Shown piece by piece: positions 1 through 10,293 of a stretch of DNA of 64,000 nucleotides. Made by a program: the position numbers and the translations under genes. The number at the start of each line of letters is the position of its first letter. Positions within the stretch are counted from its first letter, which is position 1. Where the stretch lies: assembly GCA_050309605.1 (NCBI GenBank), contig JBNRMN010000034.1, positions 32,001 through 96,000 of the forward strand, read 5' to 3'. Source of the DNA: Anaerohalosphaeraceae bacterium. Lineage in GTDB: Bacteria > Planctomycetota > Phycisphaerae > Sedimentisphaerales > Anaerohalosphaeraceae. The notes below the pieces were generated by a model, which did no database searches, was not told the DNA's origin, and was given only the letters and a program-made list of their open reading frames with translations.

Positions 1-2135
1 CCGTAGGCGCCGATGTTGATTCGGTCGCCGTGGCAGCGCAATTCATTGCGCACCTCCAACGCCGGATCACCGGCGTCAATACACGGACTGTTTTCGTCGT
101 CGGTCGGGTCAAAGTTGCCCCCGTCATCCAGCACCCAGTCGCCCGCTGTCGGGTCCCATCGTCCCGCGGCGTTTTTGAGGTGGTAATTCCGTTCCTCTGC
201 GTCGGCAAACAACGGGTCAGCGTCAAAATTTCCCCCGTCCCATTGGAGAATCGACCGGGCATCGACGAAATGCCCCTGATCCAGTCCCATCACATCGCTA
301 TAGCGGACCTTCAGTGTCGTTCGATTCAACCAGTCATCGATCAAAGCAAATTGATCGCCTTGCGGCTCGGCGGCCTGATTGTTCCAGACGATGCTGTTGT
401 GAAGCTGTACAATACTGTCCATTGCAAATAATCCGCCGCCCAGTCCGCCGGTGCGGTTATCAGCGATGGTGCAAAACCCGACCGCCGGTGCATTGGGATC
501 CGGGCCGACTGTTTCAGACAGGTGGATTTGCGGGGCCGGCGTTACCTCGTTGACATCGGCGGGGGTGCACTCATAGAAGAACAGTCCGCCGCCGGCCTGA
601 CCGGCGTAATTGCCCGCAATGACGCTGTTTTCCAGCGTGACGCGCGCATCGACCCAGGCATAGAGTCCGCCGCCTTCCATACCGGCGGTGTTGTCCAGGA
701 TTTCACATTCGGATATCCACGGTGAACTGTTGACACGAACACTGATACCGCCGCCGAAACTGCTGGCCGCGTTGTTCTGAATGCGACAGCGAAAAATCCG
801 TGCATTGCTGTTGTACAAAGCGATTGCGCCGCCGGCTTTGCGATAACCTGCGGCGGTGTTGTTCTCTAAGACACAATTTTTAATGGTCGGGCTGCTGAAA
901 TAGCAATAGATCGCACCGCCGTTGTCCAGCGGATAGCCGTTGCGTATCGTCAGGCCGTTGACGACCGCATCCGGCCCTTCACCGCCGTCAAAGATAAACG
1001 CCCGGCCCGGCTGTTCGTTGGATCCCTGACAATCAATCACGGTGGCCGCGACAGCGTCTTTGTCGGCGGGGTTGATCGAGCGAATCGCGACCGCCTTGCC
1101 CGAAAACCGAATATTGGTGTTTTCCGGCCCGGTATAGACGCCGGGGGCGAGGATAATGGTATCACGATCCGCGGCCATTTGCATCGCCGCCGAAATCGAA
1201 GGAAACGCCGAGGGTACGTGCAGTTCGTTCGGTTCATTTTCGGGTGTAAGCATCGCATAGCAGGGCGCCTGGCCGACGTTGTTGCGTTCGTATTCGATCC
1301 GCATATAACCGTTTTCGCCCCATCCGGCGCCCCATGAATTGCGCAGGTACCAAATGCCTTCCTGTCCCTGCGTGTCGTCCCAGCCGACCAGTACGACGGC
1401 GTGATTGTTCATCCCGTTTTCGTGCGCATTAAAAATCCCTCCGATATAGCATTGAAACAAATCGTTGGCATAAATTGTTACTGCGACCGGCCCATAGGCC
1501 ATAATTGCCTGTTTGATCGCCTCAATGTCCTGCCCGACGGCGCCCCATTGCGTAATGGAATACCGCACGGCCTCGGCGGGGACAGCGCAGTCCGCATCAC
1601 GCGACTCATACGGATAGAGCACTTCCGGCGGAGCGCCGATTTTATTGATGTGGTCCGGTTGCGAGATCATATGGTTCAGCGCCGCGCCATACCATCCCCC
1701 GTCGCAGCTTCCGGCATCGGTGCAGCTAATCAGCCATTGTTCCGACAAATCCAGTTCGGCGCCGTCTCGGATTAAATACTGGCTTTCGACGATTCCCATT
1801 GCGGCAAAGGCCCAACAGGAGCCGCAGCCGCCCTGATTTTTGACCGGTGTACAGCCGTCCAGTTTTCGCCAGTCAAAAGCGGCAGGCAGCGGTTCCATGT
1901 CAGCCGGTTCCGCTTTTTTGACGCGCTGCGTAAAATCGGCCGGTACCACTGTACCGCAAAGGTCTTCCAAAGCGTGCTCTGTCGCCGGGTTCGAGCCGAC
2001 CTCGAATGTATAGCCCTTATCGCGGACGCGCTGACGAACAGCTTCGATATCCGGTCTGCCCTGGGCGCTGACGGAAGACACATATAATCCTGTTGCGGCA
2101 AAAGCAACCCCGAAACCCCACATAAATTTTCGCAT
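1..2135 (-). CDS. Secreted papain-family (C1A) cysteine peptidase fused to right-handed beta-helix (GGA/GGG repeat) domain; 3' end runs off the window
   Basis: Not in the ORF track (open to the edge). Hand translation from ATG 2135: signal peptide MRKFMWGFGVAFAATGLYVSSVSA, then LPAAFDWR, KNQGGCGSCWAF (catalytic Cys), NHAVVLVGW (His), YLRNSWGAGWGENGY (Asn). Then NGGAIYC/GGGLY repeats and SPCIDAGDP...INIGAYG. Confidence 0.9.
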   Translation of the reverse strand, partial: MRKFMWGFGVAFAATGLYVSSVSAQGRPDIEAVRQRVRDKGYTFEVGSNPATEHALEDLCGTVVPADFTQRVKKAEPADMEPLPAAFDWRKLDGCTPVKNQGGCGSCWAFAAMGIVESQYLIRDGAELDLSEQWLISCTDAGSCDGGWYGAALNHMISQPDHINKIGAPPEVLYPYESRDADCAVPAEAVRYSITQWGAVGQDIEAIKQAIMAYGPVAVTIYANDLFQCYIGGIFNAHENGMNNHAVVLVGWDDTQGQEGIWYLRNSWGAGWGENGYMRIEYERNNVGQAPCYAMLTPENEPNELHVPSAFPSISAAMQMAADRDTIILAPGVYTGPENTNIRFSGKAVAIRSINPADKDAVAATVIDCQGSNEQPGRAFIFDGGEGPDAVVNGLTIRNGYPLDNGGAIYCYFSSPTIKNCVLENNTAAGYRKAGGAIALYNSNARIFRCRIQNNAASSFGGGISVRVNSSPWISECEILDNTAGMEGGGLYAWVDARVTLENSVIAGNYAGQAGGGLFFYECTPADVNEVTPAPQIHLSETVGPDPNAPAVGFCTIADNRTGGLGGGLFAMDSIVQLHNSIVWNNQAAEPQGDQFALIDDWLNRTTLKVRYSDVMGLDQGHFVDARSILQWDGGNFDADPLFADAEERNYHLKNAAGRWDPTAGDWVLDDGGNFDPTDDENSPCIDAGDPALEVRNELRCHGDRINIGAY

Positions 2136-2373
2136 TTGTATTTCCTTACAAGATTACATAAGAATAGCAAAATACGCCTGAAAAGTCAATTATTATCGGA
2201 ACATTTGTGGCCGCGGCCTGTTTTGAATAAACCGGAAAGGAAGAAGATGTTGTCGAATTTTCCGTTTTGAGTTCGTCCCCCTATGCCGCCGTGTATGCTC
2301 AGACTGCTTGCGAACGAATCGGGCCGAGCGCGTTGAAATGGGTCGGTCGCTGTTTGTGCGCAATGGCGAGCGG

Positions 2374-3546
2374 TTATGTGGTTTTTGGGAGCAATGCCGC
2401 CGCGGCGTCATCGACCAGCCAGTGTACGTTCTCCAGTACGGGCCATAAGACATACGCCGGATAACGCCCCGGATCGGGCGAACCGGAGATCAGATCGCGG
2501 AGAATCTCGGCCTTTTGCTCTCCTTGAACCAGGACGATTAGACGGCGGGCGTGCTGCAAGACCGGAGCGGTCAGGGTCACGCGATTGAAATGTGATTCAT
2601 TGAACACCGGCCAGGTTAAATCGTCGGCAACCGACACGCCCGGATCGTTCGGCAGCAGCGAGGCAATGTGGCCGTCCTGTCCCAGTCCGAGAACAATCAC
2701 GTCAAAACAGGGCACAGTGCCTTCTTCAGCGGCAAAGACATGACGCAACACCGTTTGATAGACATCGGCCGCGGTGACACAATCGTCATACTCGCCGTGG
2801 ATGCGATAGACCTGTTCGGACGGAATGGGAACAGCCTTTAGGAACGTCTCGGTCGCCAGGGCGTAATTACTGTGAGGCGAATCCGGCGGCACACAACGTT
2901 CATCCGCCCAGAAGAGGTACGTAGCGTCCCAGGGGACTTGCCCGATGTTGTCGGGCCGGGCCAATTGCTCAAAAAACAGCCGGGGCGTTTGTCCGCCGGA
3001 AAGGGCGGCATAAAATCGACCTCGTTCGGCGACGGCCTGACGAGCCGCGTCGATAAATTCTTCCGCCGCCTTCTCAGCCAGCGCCTTGGGTGAGGCAAGC
3101 CGTATGATAGTGGGCCGAGCGTCGGGCCTCTGCGCCGAACGCCGCTGGTCCAGAAAGGATTGGAGAATGACCGCTGCGGCCACGGCGTCGCGTCGTTTTT
3201 TCTTTTGACCGTGGCTCATCTGTCCGGGGGGAAAAAGCGAATCGGCTTCGTAGCTGCTGAGCCGCTCATCAAAAAAATCGATCGGTTTGGAGACCAGTTT
3301 CGACAGCGTTTTCGCAAACGCGCGGACCCGTTTTGCCTGCGGTCCTTCGGTGTCGTCCATATTCAGCGGCAATCCGAGCACCACCGCATCGACGGCCAGG
3401 TCATCCACAAGCTGCGCAATACGTTCTGCCAGATACAGCTCATTGTCCGTCTCAATGACCGAGTGCGGATTGGCCAGCGTCGCATCGGAATCCGAAACGG
3501 CCAATCCGGTACGTTTATTGCCGAAATCAACGCCTAAAAATCGCAT
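2374..3546 (-). CDS. ruvX-pgl: Fusion of RuvX/YqgF resolvase-like nuclease (N-terminal) and 6-phosphogluconolactonase (C-terminal)
   Basis: N-terminal LGVDFGNKRTGLAVSD, GLPLNMD, DERLSS, DAVAAAVILQ. C-terminal ALSGGQTP, FWADERCVPP..SNY, LGLGQDGHIASL, RVTLT. One continuous ORF. Confidence 0.9.
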   Translation of the reverse strand: MRFLGVDFGNKRTGLAVSDSDATLANPHSVIETDNELYLAERIAQLVDDLAVDAVVLGLPLNMDDTEGPQAKRVRAFAKTLSKLVSKPIDFFDERLSSYEADSLFPPGQMSHGQKKKRRDAVAAAVILQSFLDQRRSAQRPDARPTIIRLASPKALAEKAAEEFIDAARQAVAERGRFYAALSGGQTPRLFFEQLARPDNIGQVPWDATYLFWADERCVPPDSPHSNYALATETFLKAVPIPSEQVYRIHGEYDDCVTAADVYQTVLRHVFAAEEGTVPCFDVIVLGLGQDGHIASLLPNDPGVSVADDLTWPVFNESHFNRVTLTAPVLQHARRLIVLVQGEQKAEILRDLISGSPDPGRYPAYVLWPVLENVHWLVDDAAAALLPKTT

Positions 3547-3554
3547 AATGGGTC

Positions 3555-4643
3555 TTATAAAAATGTGTCGCGTCCGTGCCGCTGAATCTGCTCCAGCAGC
3601 TCTTTGAGCCGATGGGCCTGAGTTGCCGGACAGACCAGTGTCGCATCCGGACTGTGCGCGACAATCATATTGTCCAGTCCGATCAACGCGATCAGATGCC
3701 CTTTGTCTTCTGTAACGATGATGTTGTTCTTGCAGTCCAGCAGTTCGCTGTGGCCGGCCACAACGATATTGTTATGATTGTCGGAGCGGATGATATCGCC
3801 CAGCGCCGCGAACGATCCCAAATCAAGCCATCGGCAATTTAAGGCAATGGCATAGACATCGTTTGCTTTTTCCAGCACGGCATAATCAATGCTGATTTTG
3901 GGCAGGCGTCCGAACCATTCTTTCAGAGTGATCTGCTGGTCGGCGGTTCCCCAATCGGTCTGAATATGGCGCAGCGGTTCGAGACATTCCGGCAGAAAAT
4001 GGCCAAGCCGTTCAAGAATCGTTCGGCTCTTCCACACAAACATTCCCGAATTCCAGACATATTGATCGCTTTCAACATAAGTGTAAGCTGTCGCCTCATC
4101 CGGTTTTTCCCGGAAGGCCTCGACGCATCGCACCGCATCGCGGGATTCGGCAAAAGGCTTGACTTCGCCCAGCTTGATATAGCCGAACTGAGTACTCGGA
4201 AACGTCGGTTTGACGGCAAATGTGACCAGCGCTTCGGGATTTTCATTGACAAAGGATATCGCCGTGCGCAGGGCTGTTTCAAAGATGTCGGGGGGATCGA
4301 GAATCTGGTCAGCGGTGACCACCGCCATGGTGGAGTCCGGATCATATTTGCTCAACACCGTCGCCGCCAGACCAATTGCGCCGGCGGTATCGCGAACCGT
4401 CGGCTCGGCGATGACATTTTCTTCCGGCAGTTCCAGCAGATTTTCGCGCACTACATCGACAAATTCATGATTGGTCAGCACAAGGATATTGCGCAGATCA
4501 AAACTGCGCTGCAGCCGTTCAAAGCAGCGGCGCAAAAGGGTCTGTCCGTCCAGAATCCGAAGCACCTGCTTGGGACGTTTCTGGCGGCTCAGCGGCCAAA
4601 GCCGCTTGCCCGTTCCGCCTGCCAAAATAACCGCAAACTCCAT
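3555..4643 (-). CDS. manC: Mannose-1-phosphate guanylyltransferase
   Basis: VILAGGTGKRLWPLSR..PKQ, EP..RDTAGAI, FREKPD, WNSGMF, SIDYAVLEK, WLDLGSF. Confidence 0.9.
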   Translation of the reverse strand: MEFAVILAGGTGKRLWPLSRQKRPKQVLRILDGQTLLRRCFERLQRSFDLRNILVLTNHEFVDVVRENLLELPEENVIAEPTVRDTAGAIGLAATVLSKYDPDSTMAVVTADQILDPPDIFETALRTAISFVNENPEALVTFAVKPTFPSTQFGYIKLGEVKPFAESRDAVRCVEAFREKPDEATAYTYVESDQYVWNSGMFVWKSRTILERLGHFLPECLEPLRHIQTDWGTADQQITLKEWFGRLPKISIDYAVLEKANDVYAIALNCRWLDLGSFAALGDIIRSDNHNNIVVAGHSELLDCKNNIIVTEDKGHLIALIGLDNMIVAHSPDATLVCPATQAHRLKELLEQIQRHGRDTFL

Positions 4644-4687
4644 ACGTAAAGGCCCTCCGCGAAAAAGTAAAACTCCGATGCCGACGT

Positions 4688-6097
4688 TTAACTCATAAAC
4701 GCCTTATCCATGGTGGCGAACGGTCGAATTTTCTCGGCCAGCGCCTCGCTGCCCGGTTTGTCCATCAGGGCAAAGGTCGCGTCTTTGCCCAATTCCACCG
4801 CCGGCTGGTCATAGGCATTGATATCAAACAGCAGCCCGGCCAGCGAGGTGGTCACTTCAAACAGATAAATGAATTGGCCGACGGTTCCGGCGTCAATCGC
4901 GTCAAACAATACCGTCAGACACGGCCGTTTGTCGTGCAGCAGGGCGTATTCGGTGGCGACTTTTTCAGCATTCAGCAATCGGGACATCGGTTGTCCGGCC
5001 AGGTAGCTCAGTTCCGGCGCGTTCTTCGGCGCCGGGCCGATGATCACATCCTGATTGAATTGATCCACCTGCAAAAAGGTAAACAGTTTGTCGTTCGGTC
5101 CTTCGCGATAAAGCTGTACCTGACTGTGCTGGTCGGTTGTGCCCAGGGCTTTGACTGGGGTGGGGCCGATGCAGACCTCATTACCCTTTAGGTCATTTCG
5201 CTTGCCCAGGCTTTCCGCCCACAACTGACGATACCAGTCGGACATATCCTTGAGTGAGTAGGAATAGGGCATCATCACCGAGATCGGCTTGCCGCGATGA
5301 TAGAAATGCCGGTTGATTGCCGCGTTCAGCGCTGCCGGATTGTTGAAAAATTCTTCGCTGCTGCATCGCGCATCCATTGCCCGCGCCCCGGCCAGCAGCG
5401 CATCGATGTCAATCCCGCACACGGCCGCACTAAGCAGCCCCACGGGGCTAAGAACGCTGAATCGACCGCCCACACCGTCCGGTACTTCAAGCGTGCGCAG
5501 CGCTGCGGCGTCGGCGATTTTGCGAAGCGTCCCTTCCCGCGCGTCGGTGGTGGCGATGACCTGTTTTTTCAGTCCGTCGGGGCCGAGTTTCTTTTCGATC
5601 AGATCGAAAATGACCAGCATCTGTGCAGCGGTCTCGGCGGTACGTCCGGATTTGCTAATGACATTAAAGACGGTCTTGTCCAGCTTGTCAGCGGCCCATT
5701 CGAGAAAACTGCCGAATTGATGCGGATCTACGTTGTCGAATACAAACAACCGCGGGCCGTTGCGCTGTTTGTCATCCAGATTGTACATATACGGATTCAG
5801 CGCGGTTTGCAGAGCGATATTGCCCAGCGCCGAGCCGCCGATGCCCAGCACGACAAAAGTCTCACAGTCTTGGCGGACTTGCTGAGCCAGGGCCTTGACC
5901 TGCTGCGGATAGGTTTCATTGTACGGCAGATCGCGGTAGGGAGTCTTGCCGGCTTTGCGCTGCCGATTCAGCTCGGCGATCAGCGGTGCGGTCGTCTGCG
6001 CCAGCTCGTCAAACTGTGGTTTCGATATCCCGTGTTCGGTTCCGATAACGTCCGACGTTACGTTTTTGTAATACAAATGGATGTTGTGTTGCGTCAC
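4688..6097 (-). CDS. pgi: Glucose-6-phosphate isomerase
   Basis: VLGIGGSALG, ISKSGRTAET, VGGRFSVLS, QLWAESLGK, GTTDQHSQVQL, YDQPAVELGK. Confidence 0.95.
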   Translation of the reverse strand: MTQHNIHLYYKNVTSDVIGTEHGISKPQFDELAQTTAPLIAELNRQRKAGKTPYRDLPYNETYPQQVKALAQQVRQDCETFVVLGIGGSALGNIALQTALNPYMYNLDDKQRNGPRLFVFDNVDPHQFGSFLEWAADKLDKTVFNVISKSGRTAETAAQMLVIFDLIEKKLGPDGLKKQVIATTDAREGTLRKIADAAALRTLEVPDGVGGRFSVLSPVGLLSAAVCGIDIDALLAGARAMDARCSSEEFFNNPAALNAAINRHFYHRGKPISVMMPYSYSLKDMSDWYRQLWAESLGKRNDLKGNEVCIGPTPVKALGTTDQHSQVQLYREGPNDKLFTFLQVDQFNQDVIIGPAPKNAPELSYLAGQPMSRLLNAEKVATEYALLHDKRPCLTVLFDAIDAGTVGQFIYLFEVTTSLAGLLFDINAYDQPAVELGKDATFALMDKPGSEALAEKIRPFATMDKAFMS

Positions 6098-6200
6098 GTT
6101 CTTGTTCTCCGATAATCCGTTGCTCGCAGAAACGATCCGACAGGGTCGTTCTTTTTGTTACGATTTTCCAATTGCCGCGCCGATAGACAAACATAGGCTT

Positions 6201-8423
6201 CTATCCACCGACACGCTCCAGTTTGGCGTATTTTAGCATGAGCGATTTTGTCTGTCCAGAATTGAATCGCACCACGACAATACTGTCAGCACCCAGATCC
6301 AGGTATTCTTTGACTCGTCCCAGGCCGAATTTGCTGTGCTGAACCAGCTCATTGACCCGAAACGCGCCCGACGACGAAGTTACGCCTCCGGTGGGCTGAC
6401 GGCCTCTTGCCGCCGACCGATTTGACGATACGTCTTCCTGTTCAGCGCCAAAGTCGGCATCCCAATCCTCGGCAAAGTCGCCGTTTTGTTCGCCTTCGAA
6501 TCCGATTTCATACAAAAACGGCGACGGGGTAGATCGGATAAACTGCCCCCGCATCACGCGATGACGTGCATAACTCAAGTGCAGATATTTTCGCGCCCGC
6601 GTCAGCCCCACGAACAGCAGCCGACGTTCTTCTTCGATATCGTCCTTGCCGCCGTCCAGACTGCGTTCATGCGGCAGAATACCCTCTTCCAGACCGATGA
6701 TAAACACATAATCAAATTCCAGCCCCTTGGCCGCGTGCAGCGTCATCAATGAGATGCGTCCGGCGTCCGGATCATAGGCGTCGGTATCACTGTACAGGGC
6801 TATCGTCTGCATATAATCGGTTAGGGACGGCGTGTCGGTGCGAGTGTCGTATTCGGCCGCGGCGTTGACCAGTTCATTGACGTTATCGATGGCGCTTTGG
6901 GCGTCCTGTGCGGCGCTTTTCAGGGCGTCGGCGTAGCCCGTCTCGGCAAACACGCAATCCATCAGCGGCCCCACCGGCCCGTCGCTGTCGCCGCGAAACT
7001 TTTCGATCATCGCCGCGAAGGCCTTCAGCCGTGTCTGGGTGGGGCGATTGATCGTTTGCACCCGGTCGGCACAGGCCGACGCTTCGAGCAGGCTCAGGCC
7101 CGCTTTTCGAGCAAAATCCTCCAGCCGCTGCACCGAGGTCTTGCCGATACCGCGGGGATGCGTGCTGATGGCGCGTTGAAACGCGATATCGTCTTTGGGA
7201 TTGACGATCAGTTTCAGGTAACTGAGCATATCGCGGATTTCCTTGCGGGCGTAAAATGCCACCCCGCGGACGATCTGATACGGCAGGCGATCCCGAATCA
7301 GCGATTCCTCAATGGTGCGGCTCATCGAATTGACGCGAAAGAACACGGCAATTTCATTGGGGTCAACGCCCTCAGCAATCAGAGTCTTGATGCGTTCAGC
7401 CACCTGGCCGGTTTCGTGCTCTTCGTCTTCACAGGTCTGAATGACAACCGGTTCACCGGCCGGCCGCGTGGCAATCAAATCCTTGTGCTTTCGTTGGGTG
7501 TTGGCGCGGATAAGCCGAGAAGCTTTTTCAAGTATATTCGGCGTAGAGCGGAAGTTTTCTTCCAATTTGACGACCACCGCTTCAGGCCAGTCTTTTTCAA
7601 AGGCCAGAATGTTCCGAATGTCCGCTCCGCGCCAGCGATAGATCGACTGGTCGGGATCGCCGGTCACGCAGATGTTTCGATGTGCCAGGGCAAGCCCCTT
7701 GGCAATCTGATACTGGGCGTGATTGGTGTCCTGATACTCATCGACCAGCAGGTACTGAAAGCGACGACTCAGCTCAAGCCGTACATCGGGATAATCGCGC
7801 AGCAGAAACGCCGTCTTGAACAGCAAATCGTCAAAATCCAGCGCGTTGTTTTGGCGCAGCAGCGATTGATATTTGGCATAAATGCGAGCGGCCAATTTGC
7901 CGAAGTAATCATCCGCCCGCGCGGCAAAGGCTGCTTCATCTTCCAGATCATTTTTAAGTTTCGAAATCACATCCAGCATTCGCGCCGGAGTAAAATTGCC
8001 CGTATCGATCTGACAGGCGGCGATGGCCTCTTTCATGCACCGCTTCTGATCATCCACATCGTAAATAGTGAAATTGGCGGCGATGTCGGCCTGCTCGGCG
8101 TATCGGCGCAAAATGCGCACGCACAGGGCGTGAAAGGTGCTGACGTGCACACCCGATGCCGAGGTGCTCTGCTCGACGCGCAAACGCATCTCATCGGCGG
8201 CTTTATTGGTAAAGGTGATCGCGCAGATATGATACGGCGTTACGCCCGATTCAATCAGCGCCGCAATCCGGCAGGTAATCACCCGTGTTTTGCCGCTGCC
8301 CGGCCCGGCCAATACCAATAACGGGCCGGTTTTATGAAGGACCGCCTGTCGTTGAGAGTCTGTCAGTTGATCGATAGATACCGCAGGAGCCAAAAGCGCC
8401 TCCTTTATTCTTCTCTGAAACAC
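6201..8423 (-). CDS. pcrA: UvrD/PcrA superfamily-1 DNA helicase
   Basis: LAGPGSGKT, ITFTNKAA, VDEYQDTN, GDPDQSIYRWRGA, ENFRSTP, MTLHAAKGLEF, EEERRLLFVGLTRA, C-terminal Tudor-like HSKFGLG. Confidence 0.95.
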   Translation of the reverse strand: MFQRRIKEALLAPAVSIDQLTDSQRQAVLHKTGPLLVLAGPGSGKTRVITCRIAALIESGVTPYHICAITFTNKAADEMRLRVEQSTSASGVHVSTFHALCVRILRRYAEQADIAANFTIYDVDDQKRCMKEAIAACQIDTGNFTPARMLDVISKLKNDLEDEAAFAARADDYFGKLAARIYAKYQSLLRQNNALDFDDLLFKTAFLLRDYPDVRLELSRRFQYLLVDEYQDTNHAQYQIAKGLALAHRNICVTGDPDQSIYRWRGADIRNILAFEKDWPEAVVVKLEENFRSTPNILEKASRLIRANTQRKHKDLIATRPAGEPVVIQTCEDEEHETGQVAERIKTLIAEGVDPNEIAVFFRVNSMSRTIEESLIRDRLPYQIVRGVAFYARKEIRDMLSYLKLIVNPKDDIAFQRAISTHPRGIGKTSVQRLEDFARKAGLSLLEASACADRVQTINRPTQTRLKAFAAMIEKFRGDSDGPVGPLMDCVFAETGYADALKSAAQDAQSAIDNVNELVNAAAEYDTRTDTPSLTDYMQTIALYSDTDAYDPDAGRISLMTLHAAKGLEFDYVFIIGLEEGILPHERSLDGGKDDIEEERRLLFVGLTRARKYLHLSYARHRVMRGQFIRSTPSPFLYEIGFEGEQNGDFAEDWDADFGAEQEDVSSNRSAARGRQPTGGVTSSSGAFRVNELVQHSKFGLGRVKEYLDLGADSIVVVRFNSGQTKSLMLKYAKLERVGG

Positions 8424-8429
8424 CTCATC

Positions 8430-10205
8430 TTAATTTTGCTGTTCCTGTTGTTGACGGTGAAGGTCTTCGATGACCCGTTCTTGCTGTTGACGAAGCCGTT
8501 CAAACAGGTCGGGGCGTTCGATCTGGATGCGCGACAGCAGATTCTGCCGCATCTGCTCAGGGTACATCGGATCTTCCAAAAAGCTGATAAATGCGCCAAA
8601 GCGAAGGTGATCCAGCGACGGCAGGCCGACGCGCTCCTGCTCAAACTGCCCCATTTCACGTTGATACAGTTCATAGACTTCACGCGCCAGATTTTCCCGT
8701 CCGGCCGCTTCATCATCTTCAAACAAGGCATACCGAAAGTAACTTTCCCGCAGCACCGAGACAATAAATTCCGTCGCATCGTGAATGCTGATGCTTTCCA
8801 ATTCCTCTTTTAGGCGATTGCGAACGAACGTCATCATGGGGACTTGATATTCCGTTCGGACAAACCCCTGATCGTCGTATTCGTGCTGCGTTCTAAGCTG
8901 TCGGTATATCCGCTCCGCTTTTCGTGTGTGGCCGGCCTGATAAAACATCAACACCGCATTTTCAAGAAAATTCTTATGGCCGCCGCGTACCGCCTTGGGG
9001 TTGCCGCCTTCAAATTCTTCATATTTTTGGATAATTTCCTGCCAAAACCTGTCGCAGACATCAAACATCCGCATATCCGGCAGCAGATAAACCGCCGTCC
9101 CCCAGTTCTCATCATCATACAGCACGACCCGTCCGCGACGGTACAGCATTTGAAGGCTGTGAAAGACGATGCGGTCGGTATTTTTTTCATCGACGCGATA
9201 CTGGTCAGGGCGTCCTGCCGCTTTCAGTCCCATTGCTCCCCAGTAAAGGGCATGGGCCGCCGGATGCTCCCAGTTCACCGGATAGGTTTGATTCGGATCG
9301 TTGATGTCCACCGGCCCGAATTCTGTATTCATTTCGACCATAAAGTCGATATCAAATTTCCATTCATTGCGAAGCTTGGAGGCCCGGGCAAAATAATCAA
9401 ACGCCTGCATCGCCTCGCTGTCGCGCCACTGGTCAATGACCGCAAACGCCGCTTCAGAAAAACGCGCCGGATTTTGACGCAGCGACAGATAATTGTCCAC
9501 CAGACGGCTGCGATTTTCAAATGCCGAATCGGCCTGACGAAGCGCTTCAACAAACTCCCTGACTTGTGGCTCGGCCAGAATACCCTCCAGGGTTTGCGGA
9601 GTTGCCGCCAGTTTTTCGAACAGGGTGTTGTCGGGGCGCTCACCCAGTATCGCACGCATCGAGAGCGCCAGTTCTTTCTTGTAGTAGCGATGGCAATCGT
9701 CGGCGATATCGCCGATTTTATGCTGAAAAATCCACGCCAGCGAACGATACAGCAGAATGCTGTTCGGGTTTAACGGGATTGCGCGATCGCGCAGCAGTTC
9801 ATAGCCGTTGCGAACCCAGCGCCATCGCTCTTCCGGCTGCGTATTGGGAATGGCCACGGAGATATTGTAGGCCATATTCCAGGCGTGAAAATCCCACACC
9901 GCCGCAAAACGCGGCTGCAGGGTGGTGATCCACTCGGCCAACTGTTTGGCGTCAAAAAATTTGCCTTCCTGCTTGAGATTATCCGCGCGAATCCAGAGAA
10001 TATTGACCAGCAGTCCGCGAAACGCCCCCAGCGCGACGGTCGCGAAGGCCAGCGACGGCGGCGCATTTTCCAGCGCCGTCGTGGCCACCAGCCCCATCTG
10101 TTCGCGGGCGCTGCGAATATCGTCAAGCTGCATCGCCGCGCCGATTAAAAACGCCGCGCCCACGACTCCGCTCAACACAATGATAAATACATCCTTAATC
10201 CGCAT
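8430..10205 (-). CDS. Conserved hypothetical membrane-anchored alpha-helical protein (planctomycete-type)
   Basis: 591-aa ORF with N-terminal TM segment and motif LGAFRGLLVNILWIRA...LQPRFAAVWDFHAWNMAYNIS; function unknown. Confidence 0.75.
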   Translation of the reverse strand: MRIKDVFIIVLSGVVGAAFLIGAAMQLDDIRSAREQMGLVATTALENAPPSLAFATVALGAFRGLLVNILWIRADNLKQEGKFFDAKQLAEWITTLQPRFAAVWDFHAWNMAYNISVAIPNTQPEERWRWVRNGYELLRDRAIPLNPNSILLYRSLAWIFQHKIGDIADDCHRYYKKELALSMRAILGERPDNTLFEKLAATPQTLEGILAEPQVREFVEALRQADSAFENRSRLVDNYLSLRQNPARFSEAAFAVIDQWRDSEAMQAFDYFARASKLRNEWKFDIDFMVEMNTEFGPVDINDPNQTYPVNWEHPAAHALYWGAMGLKAAGRPDQYRVDEKNTDRIVFHSLQMLYRRGRVVLYDDENWGTAVYLLPDMRMFDVCDRFWQEIIQKYEEFEGGNPKAVRGGHKNFLENAVLMFYQAGHTRKAERIYRQLRTQHEYDDQGFVRTEYQVPMMTFVRNRLKEELESISIHDATEFIVSVLRESYFRYALFEDDEAAGRENLAREVYELYQREMGQFEQERVGLPSLDHLRFGAFISFLEDPMYPEQMRQNLLSRIQIERPDLFERLRQQQERVIEDLHRQQQEQQN

Positions 10206-10293
10206 AGGTCATTGGTACTACGTTATTTGAAAACAAGGGTTTCGATTTTTTTGAGTTTTATCGGCCGGCGTTGAACCGAACCGACCGGTGGTT

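Noticed and set aside
6897..8321. Long antisense ORFs (this one; also 26960..28165, 31120..32376, 56791..57894)
   Set aside because: Shadows of well-conserved genes on the opposite strand in GC-rich DNA.
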